A stretch of 64,000 nucleotides of DNA from Eledone cirrhosa (taxonomy: Eukaryota), in the NCBI GenBank assembly GCA_964016885.1, contig OZ024763.1:16802001-16866000 (forward strand), written 5' to 3'. Positions 25,293-38,931 of the stretch are shown here, in pieces. The notes beneath the pieces were generated by a model. That model worked only from the letters and a program-made list of their open reading frames with translations. It was not told where the DNA came from and searched no databases. Positions within the stretch are counted from its first letter, which is position 1. Each line of letters opens with the position of its first letter. Position numbers and translations under genes: made by a program.

Positions 25293-25468
25293 TTTTATTA
25301 ATTTATATATATATATGAAAATGTTTAACCCCGACGGCAGAGCTCAAGCCGTTTCGACAGCTATTTCTGGACTAAATTAGAATTTTTTCCTATTACCCAC
25401 TCTACTACCCTAAGTATTGAGTACTATGGTGCGTTATGGTCCATCTGGTTCCTTACCACACCTCCTTC

Positions 25469-25518
<50 letters not shown>

Positions 25519-25736
25519 TATATATAAATACATATATATAAAGAAATATACATATATATATATATACACACACCCTCACACACACATATATATATATCTA
25601 TATATATATATATATATATATGCATATATATAAATACAAATATATAAATAAATATACATATATATATATATACACACACACACTCACACACACATACATA
25701 TATATCTATATATATATGTATATATAAGTATATAAG

Positions 25737-25768
<32 letters not shown>

Positions 25769-25970
25769 TGGATGGATGTGCAAATATTTATATATAAAAC
25801 ATATAAAGAAATTGGAATAGCCTAAAAAAAGAAGAAATAAAACCAAGTTGAAAAATAAATTGTAGACAAGAAAGTAATTAGAAAACAGTTACTATATATA
25901 CATTAGCTAACTTATTTCATCAACCATAGCACATCAAAATTATCCTCTGGAGTAAGAACAAAGTACTTTA

Positions 25971-26041
<71 letters not shown>

Positions 26042-26149
26042 TTCTCTCTCTCTTTGCGTGTTTGTGTGTGTGTGTGTGAGAGTGAGAGAATGTGTGAGTG
26101 AGTGTTTGTGTAATATATATATATATATATATTCATATATGTATATGTA

Positions 26150-26215
<66 letters not shown>

Positions 26216-26227
26216 CGCGTTGATGTA

Positions 26228-26273
<46 letters not shown>

Positions 26274-26325
26274 TTTATGTATGTGTGTGTCTCTCTATCT
26301 ATTTATCTATCTGTTCTATTCTATA

Positions 26326-26385
<60 letters not shown>

Positions 26386-26499
26386 TATACATACATACAT
26401 ATATATATATCTCTATATATATATATATATACATATATATGTATACATATACACCCCCGTCCCAACTACCCCCCACCCCATCCACGCACTCCCCTTAAT

Positions 26500-26798
26500 G
26501 TGAAGTTATGTTGGGTACAACAACATCCAGCCCAAAACAAATGAGGTCGTGTAGGTGTCACGACAAAAAAACACACAGTCCACGCTGTAATGTGGCCGTG
26601 TAGGTAACACGGTAAAAAACCTCCCAGCCCACACTGTAAATGTGGTTGGTGTTAGGAAGGGCATTCAGCTGTAGAAAACCCGCCAGACAGTCCTATGCGA
26701 GCAAGACTACCACTCTTGCCTCAAGTGGGAAAACTCCCGTCCAAACCCATGCAAGCGTGGAACATGGACGTTAAACGATGATGATGATGATGATGATG
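26500..26798 (+). mobile_element. RTE-derived 3' UTR element, family C
   Basis: Matches 34075-34372. Confidence 0.85.
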
Positions 26799-26884
26799 TA
26801 TAGATATGTATATATGTATACATATATATATAAAATATATACAACATATTAATAAATGGAAACTATATTTATAAAAACCATATT

Positions 26885-26951
26885 TATTTTATTATATATA
26901 TTTCAAGGGCAACCAAGGCAAATTATGGTGCGCTTTCATCAGATTAAAATA
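26885..26951 (-). ncRNA. Type I hammerhead motif (relative of 30680-30745)
   Basis: On the minus strand: TATTTTAAT-CTGATGA-AAGCGCACCA...TGGTTGCCCTT-GAA-ATATATAT-A-ATAAAATA. Confidence 0.7.
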
Positions 26952-28409
26952 CAGATTTGTTTTATAAATAATATTGACATACCCGGAAAAAAAGACACCT
27001 TAACGGTTGGAGCTTCCTGGATAGTGGAGATAGTAGATTTATTGAGGGTGATACAAAGTTATGAGTGAGTATGCAAATGAGTGTCCGAAAGGTTGAAAAG
27101 ATAACGGTTTATTTAAATTCAACTGTTGGAAGAAGGTGATATGTGAGGGAGAGAGAAAAAAGAAAAAAAAAAGAAAAAGAAAGGAGAAAAATAGAAGAGG
27201 AAAGAAAGAACGATTATATATGTTGATAGTGAAAATAGAGTGCATGAAAAAATAAGTTTCAAAGGATAAATATACACAGCGTAAGTATATCTAAGTGAAA
27301 GAAGAAATCAGATTAACTGTTTCTACTTTTTGGCACAAGGCCAGCAAATTACGCAGTACATTACTGGTACTTTATTTTATTGACCCCGTAAGGATGAAAG
27401 GCAAAGTTTGGAAGAAGAATATTTATAATGCAGAGTTTCATTACGTTTTGATTATAATACTTATAATGATAGGTTGAGGAAATTAGATTAAAATTAAATT
27501 AAAATTAAAAATTAGAAATCAAAATTAAAGATTAAAATTTACCTTAATATTAAAGATTTAATTTAATAATTTAATATTAATAATTAGTTTAAATGTGTAT
27601 GTTAAGGATTATAAATTATTTAAATCAATATATAGTATTTTAGATTAGAGCAAATCTAGTATAGTTTATTTTATTAAAAGTTGTAAGTCAAAATTTAAAC
27701 ATCCAAATAATTCTAAATTTATGAAAAATTTACAAAGAGTTTACAAAGGAATTTAATTATATTATAAAACCAGTAAGGAAGTGTAAAGGAAGTTAGAAGT
27801 GATTTTTTAAGAACTCAGATGACTCTAAGGATTAAATGTTATAAAGTTAAAAAGTTAAACGTTTTTTATCTTAAGAATATAATTAAAACATGAACCATGT
27901 GTTATTTTATACGAAGTCAATAAGTTAAAAAATTTAAAAAAAATTTAATAAACTTTAAAAAATTAAAAAAAATTTTTTTCATTTATCTTAAGAATATATT
28001 TAAAGCATAAACCATAGGTTATTCCACATATATATTAAAAAAACAACCTATAAATAAAAATCATATGTTTTTCCACATATATATAAACATTTGGATATAT
28101 ATATTAAAAACGTTTGAAGATATAAAAAATATTCGAAGGTATGAATATAATGGTTTTTCTATATATTTCAAAGGAATTATCAAAAGATTTTTCTTAAAAC
28201 CTTCCGTAAGGTTTTCAATAAAAAATTTTTCTTAAAGGAGTTTCAATTTCAAGCAGTCATATAAAAAAATGTTATAATCTATCGATAGGTGTAATAATAT
28301 AAAGTATATAGTATATATATGTGAGGTAGAGATAATAGAAAGTAAATCAAATATATGAATCATATATAGATATAGAAGACATTATGTAAAGGAGATAAAT
28401 CATATATTA

Positions 28410-28545
28410 CATTTTATATATATATTGAAAAGTTGAGTTTAAACGATGTTTGCAGGAACTAAATAAATTATATCGCAAATTAATAGAGTTATTACTTTTT
28501 AGTATAAAGAATATTTCTTCAACGCAAAGCGAGCAATTTTGAGAT
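28410..28545 (-). pseudogene. C-terminal remnant of a Penelope-like GIY-YIG endonuclease
   Basis: CSLCVEEIFFILKSNNSINLRYNLFSSCKHR resembles the C-x-LC-x2-E...N-x-R...C-x-H terminal motif of PLE endonucleases (recalled pattern, not searched). It lies upstream of a same-strand hammerhead. Confidence 0.65.
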
Positions 28546-29088
28546 AAAGCAGTTGAGTGCTTTATATCAGTTATAAACATTTTTAAGCTTGTTGAATCCC
28601 AACAAATTAAATATAACCTCTGCATATATATATTTATATATATATACACACATATTTATTTATATATATATATATATATATACATATATACATACATATA
28701 TATATACACATACACACACACATATATATACATATATATATACACACACACAAATGTGTGTGTGTGTATATATATATGTATATGTATGTATATATTACAC
28801 ATTATATACACAAGACAATATCTCTTTAACAGAGAATAGAAGCTACATTATCAATTCATCCTGAATCACCCCCCCCCCCCCCTCCCACCAACCTGCATTC
28901 TCTTACTCTCTCTCTCTCTCTCTCTCTTATTCCTACTCTATTTGTCTCTTTCTCACTATCCTTCTCTCCCTCTCTCTCTTTCCCTTTCCCATTTTCACAA
29001 ATTTACATTTTTTGGAACACCATTCTATCTCACTCCCTCTCAAACACTCTCTCTTTTTTTTCTTTCAGTTTCTCACACTCTCTCTTTC

Positions 29089-29150
<62 letters not shown>

Positions 29151-29183
29151 ACAGATAAGATATTGTAGTGTTACTGTTGATAA

Positions 29184-29221
<38 letters not shown>

Positions 29222-29639
29222 TTATCAAGATGATGCATTTGACACTAATAACAACTATGTACCCTAAATATTCTAAATAACTAGGATTCTAGTTACATGT
29301 TTCGACATTCCTTATGCCTTGATGATTCCAGACTTCCCTCTGGAAGAAACAATTGTCAGCTAATAAATGTTCTAAATAAAAATTTGATCGTTTTAACACT
29401 TTGTATATATATAGATATTATATTATATATATATATATACATATATATATGAGGTCCTTATCATTCCACTGTAAAGTGGTCGTGCAGGTGCCACGGCAAA
29501 AAAGCACCCAGCACTCACTGTAAATGAGGTTGGTGTTAGGAAGGGCATCCAGCTGTAGAAATCAAGCCAAAATCAGTTCCCGTCCCACCCTTGCAAGCAG
29601 GGAAAAAGTGGACGTAAAATGAAATGATGATGATGATGA

Positions 29640-29684
<45 letters not shown>

Positions 29685-29759
29685 GTAGGAAATGTGGTAA
29701 GGAACCAGGTGGACCATAACGCACCAAAGTACTCAATACTTAGGGTAGTAGAGTGGGTA

Positions 29760-29875
29760 ATAGGAACAAGTAAGACCCCGACGGCTGAGCTCAAGCCGTT
29801 TCGACGGCTAATTCTGGACTGAATTAGCCGTCGAAACGGCTTGAGCTCACCCGTCGGGGTCTTACTTGTTCCTAT
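29760..29875. repeat. Palindrome centred on a putative hammerhead stem II loop
   Basis: GACGGCTAATTC-TGGACT-GAATTAGCCGTC-GAA-ACGGC-TTGAGCTCA-(G/C)CCGT-C-GGGG, readable on both strands. Confidence 0.8.
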
Positions 29876-29914
29876 ATATATATATATATAATATAGTAAT
29901 AATAATAAATTTGA

Positions 29915-29953
<39 letters not shown>

Positions 29954-30077
29954 TGTAGGCGTTCTTTGATTTCTTTTACATATAATGGCTCTGTTCTTGT
30001 ACATTGAGCTAATACAATACTGTCACAAATACGACATGGTACTGGTGCGTTTATGCACATACGCTCCGTTGTCTACG

Positions 30078-30129
<52 letters not shown>

Positions 30130-30179
30130 TCAAATTTATTATTACTACTATATTATATATATATTATATATATATCATA

Positions 30180-30233
<54 letters not shown>

Positions 30234-30458
30234 ATATATATAGATATATATATTATATATATAGATATATATATTATATAAAGATATATATATTATAGAT
30301 ATATATTATATATTATATATATATATTATATATTATATATATGATATATATATTATATTTATATATATAATATATATTATATATATATTATATATTATAT
30401 ATATATATTATATATACAATATTAAATAAATGGAAAACTATATTTATAAAACCATATT

Positions 30459-30524
30459 TATTTCATTATATATATTTCGGGGATATCATATTAACAATAT
30501 GCTATGCCTTCATCAGACAAAATA
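30459..30524 (-). ncRNA. Type I hammerhead motif (left arm)
   Basis: Reverse complement of 30680-30745. Confidence 0.75.
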
Positions 30525-30679
30525 CAATATAAACAGTTTTATAGATAAATAGATTCGACATACCGTAATAACACCGACTTCATTTGAAGAGGTTTACGCT
30601 GGCAGCGTAAACCTCTTCAAATGAAGTCGGTGTTATTACGGTATGTCGAATCTATTTATCTATAAAACTGTTTATATTG

Positions 30680-30745
30680 TATTTTGTCTGATGAAGGCAT
30701 AGCATATTGTTAATATGATATCCCCGAAATATATATAATGAAATA
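30680..30745 (+). ncRNA. Type I hammerhead motif (right arm)
   Basis: TATTTTGT-CTGATGA-AGGCATAGCATATT-GTT-AATATGATATCCCC-GAA-ATATATAT-A-ATGAAATA. Confidence 0.78.
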
Positions 30746-30899
30746 AATATGGTTTTATAAATATAGTTTTCCATTTATTTAATATTGTAAATATACTCCA
30801 AATATTTGTCGAGTGCTTTTATATCAGTTATAAATATTTACTAGTTGTAACCCAACAATTTTAAATATAACTTTACATGTATATTATATATATATATAT

Positions 30900-30933
<34 letters not shown>

Positions 30934-31246
30934 ATATTATATATATATATATATATATTATATATTAAAGTTTAAGCAAAGAATCGCTGCTTTCAAGGGT
31001 GAAAGCAGCAATTCTTTGCTTATATATATATATTATATATATATATATTATATATTATATATTATATATATATTATATATTATATATATATATATATTAT
31101 ATATATTATATATATATTATATATATATTATATATATATTATATATATATATTATATATATATTATATATATATATTATATATATATATATATTATATAT
31201 ATATATATTATATATATATATATATACACAGTATATATATATTATA

Positions 31247-32148
31247 CTAGCAGTGGTACCTGGCGTTGCACAGGATAAGGTATTTTGGAACGTGGGATGC
31301 CAATAGACCTAAAAACTGCATGCCTGGACAATATATAAAGAAAATAAACCGAATACTCTGATAGCTGGATAATCTTTAAGATTTTCCTCGATGAAGCAGG
31401 AAAAATGCAAGTTTTCATCTAATACGAGCCCTAGGGGATCAAGAAAATGAATTTTTTTTATGTGCATAATATGCCTTGAAATTTCGAGAAAATCGTCTAG
31501 ACGTAACGCCTCCAAAAAGCCCTAAGAAGCTGAAAAAGTGAAGTTTTTCAACTAATGCAGGCCGTAGGCCATAAGAAAGTTGGATTTTCTTTGCTTACGG
31601 TATGAAGAAGAGACTGACTAATACATAGTTACAATTTCAAGGAAATTGGTCTGATCTAACGCCTCAATAAATCCCTAAAAATGTTAAACAACGCAGTTTT
31701 TCACCTAATGCGGGCCCTAGGAGATAAAAAAAAGTTGATTTTATGTGCATAACACTCCCTGAAACATAAGTAACACACATTTAAAGTTTGAATGAAATCG
31801 GTTGGGTACCTCTCGGGTTTTAGGGATTCAAACTCACACACACAGACATCCTCAAGGAAGTGACGTAATGCAGACAGTTAGACATACAGACAGATATTAT
31901 ATGGGCGCGACGTTATAAGTATGTATCTATCTAAAAGGAGAAAGACTAAGAATTATAGAGCGAGATCGCTAAATCGCCGAATGTAGTCCCTGGGGCATAG
32001 AAAATTTGAAATTTATTTTTGCTCAGAACACTCCCTGAAACATAAGTATTACATGTGTAAAGTTTGAAAACAGTGGGTTGGGTGGTTCTCGAGTTTTAGG
32101 GATTCGAACTCACACACAGACAGACATCCTCAGTTTTATATATATAGA
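31247..32148 (-). mobile_element. Non-autonomous Helitron-like element
   Basis: The minus strand starts A|TCTATATATATAAAACTGAGGATGTCTGTCTG and ends CCTGTGCAACGCCAGG hairpin ... CTAG|T. It is inserted between A and T with no TSD and has internal direct repeats. Confidence 0.8.
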
Positions 32149-32167
32149 TAATGTATATATATTATAT

Positions 32168-32213
<46 letters not shown>

Positions 32214-32268
32214 AAAACTAATAAACCTTTGTTCGTACTGCCTCTCTGTTTTGTTCCCGCTCCATTTT

Positions 32269-32336
<68 letters not shown>

Positions 32337-32437
32337 CTATATATATTATATATATATATATATTGTCTATATATATTATATATATATATATATTGTATAT
32401 ATATTATATATATTATATATATATTATATATATATTA

Positions 32438-32481
<44 letters not shown>

Positions 32482-32538
32482 ATATATATATATATATATT
32501 ATATATATATATATTATATATATTATATATATATATTA

Positions 32539-32587
<49 letters not shown>

Positions 32588-32672
32588 ATTATATATATTA
32601 TATATATATATTATATATATATTATATATATATATTATTTATTATATATATTATATATATATATATATATAT

Positions 32673-33003
32673 GGAGGCACATGGCTTAGTGGTTAGAGCA
32701 TTGGCCTTGCAATCGAAAGGTTGTGAGTTCAATTCTCAGACCGGGTGATGTGTTGTTTCCTTGAGCAAGACACTTTATTTCACATTGCTCCAGTTTACTC
32801 AGCTGTAGAAATGAGATGATAGGGACTGGGGTCCCTATCATTCTACTGTAAAGTGGAGGTGCCACGGCAAAAAAAGCACCCAGCACTCACTGTAAATGAG
32901 GTTGGTGTTAGGAAGGGCATCCAGCTGTAGAAATCAAGCCAGAATCAGTTCCCGTCCCACCCTTGCAAGCAGGGAAAAAGCGGACGTGAAATGATGATGA
33001 TGA
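32673..33003 (+). mobile_element. Family A SINE
   Basis: Near full-length copy. Confidence 0.9.
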
Positions 33004-33758
33004 TATATATATATAATATATATACGATCTGAGTTCAAATCCCGCTGAGGTTGACTTTGCCTTTCATCCTTACGAGGTCGATAAAATAAAGTACCAGTAA
33101 TTCACTGGGTAATTGCTGGTCTTGTGCCTAAAGTAGAAACAATTATATATATTATATATATAATATATATTAGATATATTATATATATTATATATATATA
33201 TTATATATACATTGTATCATCATCATTTCACATCCGCTCTTCCCTACTTGCAAGGGTGGGACAAATATATATATATAAACTTTATCAACACTAACTAACA
33301 CTACAATATCTTATCTCTTCAGCCATATTGTGTTGTGGCTAGATAGTTACCATAGCAACCATGTGGTACTCAGCTCAATCCCACTGTCCATCACCACATC
33401 ACCATGGCAACTCTCTTCTGCTATGGACACAGTAGACACATTCATGGCTGAGTGGTCGAGGAGTTTTCTATTGCCACCAGTTAGTCCTCAGTTCAGTCAT
33501 GTGTAACCCCATGGGTAAATGTCTTCAACTGTAACCTCAGACTGGTCTGTTTCTTGTTTCTTGTGAATGGAATTTTCTAGATAGAAACTGTAGAATGCCG
33601 TTGTGTGTATATATACCATGACTCTCTACCACTTTTCCTCTACTACAATCTTCTTATACCATCTTCTTCTTCTCACCCGTCTATTTTTCACTCCCACCCT
33701 AGTACCTTCAATTGATTCCATCCTGTCCGTCCCCTCAATCTATCTTATTTCTCATTCT

Positions 33759-33885
33759 TTCTTCTGATGAAGGACTAGCATCCAAAACGTTAAGACCCTC
33801 TTCCTGCTATATTAAGCGTTAACCTAATATATACCTTCCATATACTGTACCGATTGTGTTGTTATTTCTCTTTACCTTTTACATA
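33759..33885 (+). ncRNA. Degenerate copy of the 21992 hammerhead element
   Basis: TTCTT-CTGATGA-AGGACTAGCATCC-AAAACGTTAAGA (core G12 changed to A), followed by the same ~90-nt downstream sequence. Confidence 0.6.
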
Positions 33886-33919
33886 CATATATATATATAT
33901 ACGAGCTGATAAATTCCGA

Positions 33920-34371
33920 CCTCACACACTTACACCTCTCCAAGACAATGTCACTGGACCGAGACCTTTGGCGGTACTCAGTAACAGAGCAGACCCGCCT
34001 TACCTAAATACAAAGTAAAACCTACTAGTCAGTAGGCATCTCTAACAAAATACACCTCCACACCACCCCTTTCAATGTAAAGTTATGTTGGTGCCACAAC
34101 ATCCATGCCGAAACAAATGAGATCGTGTAGGTGTCACGACAAAAAAACACACAGTCCACGCTGTAATGTGGCCGTGTAGGCAACACGGTAAAAACCTCCC
34201 AGACCCACACTGTAAATGTGGTTGGTGTTAGGAAGGGCATCCAGCTGTAGAAAACCCGCCAGACAGTCCTATGCGAGCAAGACAACCACTCTTGCCTCAA
34301 GTGGGAAAACTCCCGTCCAAACCCATGCAAGCGTGGAACAGGGACGTTAAACGATGATGATGATGATGATG

Positions 34372-34372
<1 letters not shown>
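33920..34372 (+). mobile_element. RTE LINE 3' end (family C: terminal codons plus 3' UTR)
   Basis: Begins with codons for LSKTMSLDRDLWRYSV, an RTE-type C-terminus; (GAT)n tail. Confidence 0.82.
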
Positions 34373-34402
<30 letters not shown>

Positions 34403-34884
34403 ATGGAAAATGAAAAGTCAGTGATGCATCGGAACTCAATTTATTGCGTGTTACATTTGTTTCCCCGGCAGGCAGCTCGAGGTGCGATCTGTGTGTGGAT
34501 CGACCTGACTCTAGACTCGCAGGTTCCTCGGACACGTCTATTGATTTCGGAGCATGTCCTCTTTCTGGGCTTTCTGGCCCTACAGGCCTGTATCGTCCAC
34601 CTTCATCCGCTTTGCCCGTCCTTGGGTTGGTCACTGGTTAGTGACGTCATCATTATCCTGACCACTGGTAGCAGCCCGCTGACCGTCAGGGCGTGAGCTG
34701 TCACTCACCCACTGTCCCGTCGGCAAAATTACTGCCGTTTGTCAGCTCCCACTCCCACTCGCACACACAGACACACAGAGATACTGACAGATACATACAG
34801 AGTAGCTTGTGTGCTTTCCTTCACACATGCATGCCCAGAAGCATACACACATATCCATGTGTACACAATCCAACGTTGCACACT

Positions 34885-35330
34885 GACACCTCTCTAACAC
34901 AATGTCACTGGATTGATATCTTTGGCGCTACGCAGAAATAGAGAAGACCTGCCTTCCCTACATACAAAGTTAAACCTACAGTCAGTAGGCCCCTCTTAAC
35001 CAAATATACACCCCAACCCACTACCCCTACTCCATCCTCCCACTTCCGCCCACACCACCCTTTCTCTGTAAAGTTATGAAGGTACCACAGAACATCCAGT
35101 CCACACTGTAAAGTGGTTGTGTAGGAGACAGGGTAAAAAGGCTCCCAGTCCACACTGTGAGTGTGGTTGGTATTAGGAAGAGCATCCAGCTGTAGAATAC
35201 CTACTAGATACAGTTCTATACGAGCAAGACATGGTCACCTGACCAATGTTGCCTCAAGTGGGACAATTCCCGTCCGTCTAACTCACGCTAGCGTGGAAGA
35301 TGGATGTTAAATGGTGGTGATGATGATGAT
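34885..35330 (+). mobile_element. Older RTE family C 3' end
   Basis: Diverged homologue of 33920-34372. Confidence 0.78.
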
Positions 35331-35748
35331 AGTTCAAAGGGACAAATAAATAAACAAATGCAGGAGTCAATAGTACATAGTGTTATTAGCTTCACGCTTG
35401 GCGAGTGAGAGCGGAGGAGGTTACAACATTTTGGACATAAGTCCTTCGCCAGGAAAGTTGGGAGGAATTCCGAGAGGGCGTAAGAGGGGAGTTAATAGGA
35501 AAAACATGAAAGGATGGGAAAAATAGAAATAAAAATAAACATGAAAATCAAAATATTTGAGTATGGAGTAACAGAGGTTTTCAGCCCACATTATGGTCTG
35601 TCAGTTGTGAAGCAGGGGCCAGCCATCAAAGAAACAACACCACATGTCCAGCTAGCCCCCCCCCCCCTTCCTGTGTCACAAAAAAAAAAATCTTTTTTGG
35701 GGGGAAATTATTGGATTTTTTTTCAAACCTAAATGTTTATTTTAGGTT

Positions 35749-35814
35749 TTGCTGTCTGAAGAGCTCAGGCTATCTCAACTGGTGATAGTCCTCAGTGAAA
35801 TATGTATAACAAAG
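35749..35814 (+). ncRNA. Type I hammerhead motif
   Basis: TGT-CTGAAGA-GCTCAGGCTATC-loop-GATAGTCCTCAGT-GAA-ATATGTAT-A-ACA. Confidence 0.62.
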
Positions 35815-35882
35815 TTTTAAATAAACCTGAATCAACTGAATATGGCCTCTTAACATTTATTAATATATATATATAATATATA

Positions 35883-36253
35883 GAGATCGTGTAGGTGTCA
35901 CGACAAAAAAACAAAAAAAACACACATCCCACGCTGTAATGTGGCCGTGTAGGCAACACGGTAAAAACCTCCCAGCCCCACACTGTAAATGTGGTTGGTG
36001 TTAGGAAGGGCATCCAGCTGTAGAAAACCCGCCAGACAGTCCACGCTGTAATGTGGCCGTGTAGGCAACACGGTAAAAACCTCCCAGCTCCACACTGTAA
36101 ATGTGGTTGGTGTTAGGAAGGGCATCCAGCTGTAGAAAACCCGCCAGACAGTCCTATGCGAGCAACACAACCACTCTTGCTTCAAGTGGGAAAACCCCCG
36201 TCCAAACCCATGCAAGCGTGGAACATGGACGTTAAACGATGATGATGATGATG
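35883..36253 (+). mobile_element. Family C element with internal ~110-bp duplication
   Basis: Two consecutive CCACGCTGTAATG...CCAGACAGTCC blocks. Confidence 0.85.
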
Positions 36254-36971
36254 ATATATATATATAACGGCGATGAATTAGTTTTGCGAGGTTTTTTATA
36301 TGAAATCGTGTGTCAAAACAAATATTGTTATACTTGGGGAGGGTCATATTTGTGTAATATTGCCAGAATTAATAACAGAACATACTCACTGTTTGGTTGG
36401 TTTTCGCTTTTCGCTTTTGTGTCTTTTATATCGGTTAATTTAATTTATTCGGTCCTCAATGTTGCCATTGACTGACCAACGGTAAAAAAAATACAGATAC
36501 AATATAGACACAAACACATATATATAGTTTATCAAAGTTCTTTCGTTGCACATCTGCAACATCGTCAGTGGTGCTATTGTTTCCTCCCGTTACATGTATT
36601 TTCTACGTCATCTTTATTTAGTCTGTTTATATATTTATTTATTTGTTTTTTTGTTTTTTTTTCTTTGCGCATGCGTTTGTATGTGTGTATAGTGTTTTGT
36701 TTGATGTGTGTTCGTGATTGGGTGACTGTGTATTGGTTAATGTATTCTATCTTTACTAGTGTGTGTTTATATGTGTTTGTTGTTATTGTGCTTGTGTATG
36801 TATTTATTTATTTATCTATTTATTTATTTATTTATACTTCTCTTAGGTCAGTGTTGTTTGTTTGGGTGTTGTTGTTATTCCATTCAGTGAGTGTGTTCTG
36901 TTATTAATTCTGGCAATATTACACAAATATGACCCTCCCCAAGTATATATATATATATATAATATATATCT

Positions 36972-37390
36972 AAGGCGGGTAAAATTCCCGAGATCCATGG
37001 ACGAGTTCTCTCCAGCGGTCTCTGTCCCTCATTATGGCTGCCATGTCCTGCGTCTCCAACAGACCAGTGTCTGTCCTTAGGCATCAACATACGTTAACCT
37101 TGGTCTTCCCCTTCTAGTGTGTCCATGTAGGTGCTCCCAAAGGAGCACTGAGTGCAATGTCAACTCTGGATGTCGGTGAGCATGTCCAGCTAACCTCAGT
37201 CTCCTCTGTGTCACTTTTGAGCTGACTTTTGGGATGCTCCCGTACAGCTCTGAGTTTTTCATCCTCAGTGTATACTGATTAATGTTCAGAGCCAGCCTCA
37301 ACATTCTCGTGTAGCACCCATCCACCATCTGAGTGAGTTTCTTGGTCAGTGTCCAAGTCTCAGACCCATACAGCAGCACAGACTCCACTA
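36972..37390 (-). pseudogene. RTE-clade LINE 3' fragment (distinct family)
   Basis: ESVLLYGSETWTLTK...RRLRLAGHAHRHPE...RGRPRLTYVD. Confidence 0.9.
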
Positions 37391-38159
37391 TATATATATA
37401 ATAATTGTTTCTACTTTAAGCACAAGGCCAGCAATTACTCAGTGCATTACTGGTACTTTATTTTATCGACCCCGTAAGGATGAAAGGCAAAGTAAACCTC
37501 GGCGGGATCATCATCATCATCATCATCATCATTTCATTTTACGTCTGTGGGCCGAAATGCGAATCTCGATAATTTATGTTTGTATTATTCTCCTGACTCT
37601 AGCTATTGACCAGTTAATTTTCTTGATTTTATAGTTGATTCTATTGACTGATGAATGGCTTATGTTAATTTTAACCCTTCTGTTGAGAACTCTATTCGAT
37701 TTGTGATGTTTTTGCATTCTTCCAATAATATACACAACTGAATTCATTCGCCTGATATAGGGGTTGCCTCCCTTGCCGATCCCCACGTGGGGTCAGCAAT
37801 AGTCAGTCCTTGTATTAACATTGAACTAAAACCTGTTGAGAAAGTGGCTTCCTTGTTCAATCATCTTACCAGAAGCCTGACATTATTTATGTAAGCGGAC
37901 GGTACTTGATTTAGGAGCCGCAGAAACCCATACTGGATTTTACCAACCTTCCAGGGGTCCGGGTAAATATCCAATACCCGAATTACTTGATAGTTTTTTT
38001 GTGTATGCGAATGATTGTTTAACCATCGTCTCAGTGTGTTTGGCCTTTACCGTTTGTTATAGCTCTGGTTCATCTGAATCATTGAGCACTTGCCTCACAT
38101 CTCGGACGTTGTTTTTCGTTATTTCGTGGGCCGAAATGCGAATCTCGATAATTTATGTT

Positions 38160-38199
<40 letters not shown>

Positions 38200-38224
38200 C
38201 ATATCATCATTATTCATCATCATT

Positions 38225-38659
<435 letters not shown>

Positions 38660-38931
38660 TTAAAAAAAGCCCACATGGATAAGTCTTCAGAATATAAATT
38701 CAAAGCAACAGAAAGAGGGACAGTCCCATCTCCTCAGTCAACCTCTGGAAACCACTACAGTTTCGGTGTTTAAAGTTGATACCATCCATACCAGTGTACA
38801 TATGGACATAACAAAATAGATAGAGACAAGTTATGCCTTTAGATGAATTACATAAGTATAGAGAAAATGTACCACAAGTTCGATGTACAAACGTTTAGCC
38901 AAAGGAGAAAAATTGAATTTATATTCTAAAG

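Larger units (their letters stand above)
30416..30788. repeat. 373-bp essentially perfect palindrome (1-nt spacer at 30602)
   Basis: 186-bp arms: ...GGTTTACGCTG-G-CAGCGTAAACC... Confidence 0.95.

Noticed and set aside
30974-31021. 48-bp hairpin in (TA)n as a hammerhead half
   Set aside because: It is a real inverted repeat with GAAA, but no convincing stem III or cleavage triplet; left unclassified.
34410-34760. GC-rich segment as a solo LTR
   Set aside because: A minus-strand AATAAA is present, but I could not define TG...CA ends or a TSD.
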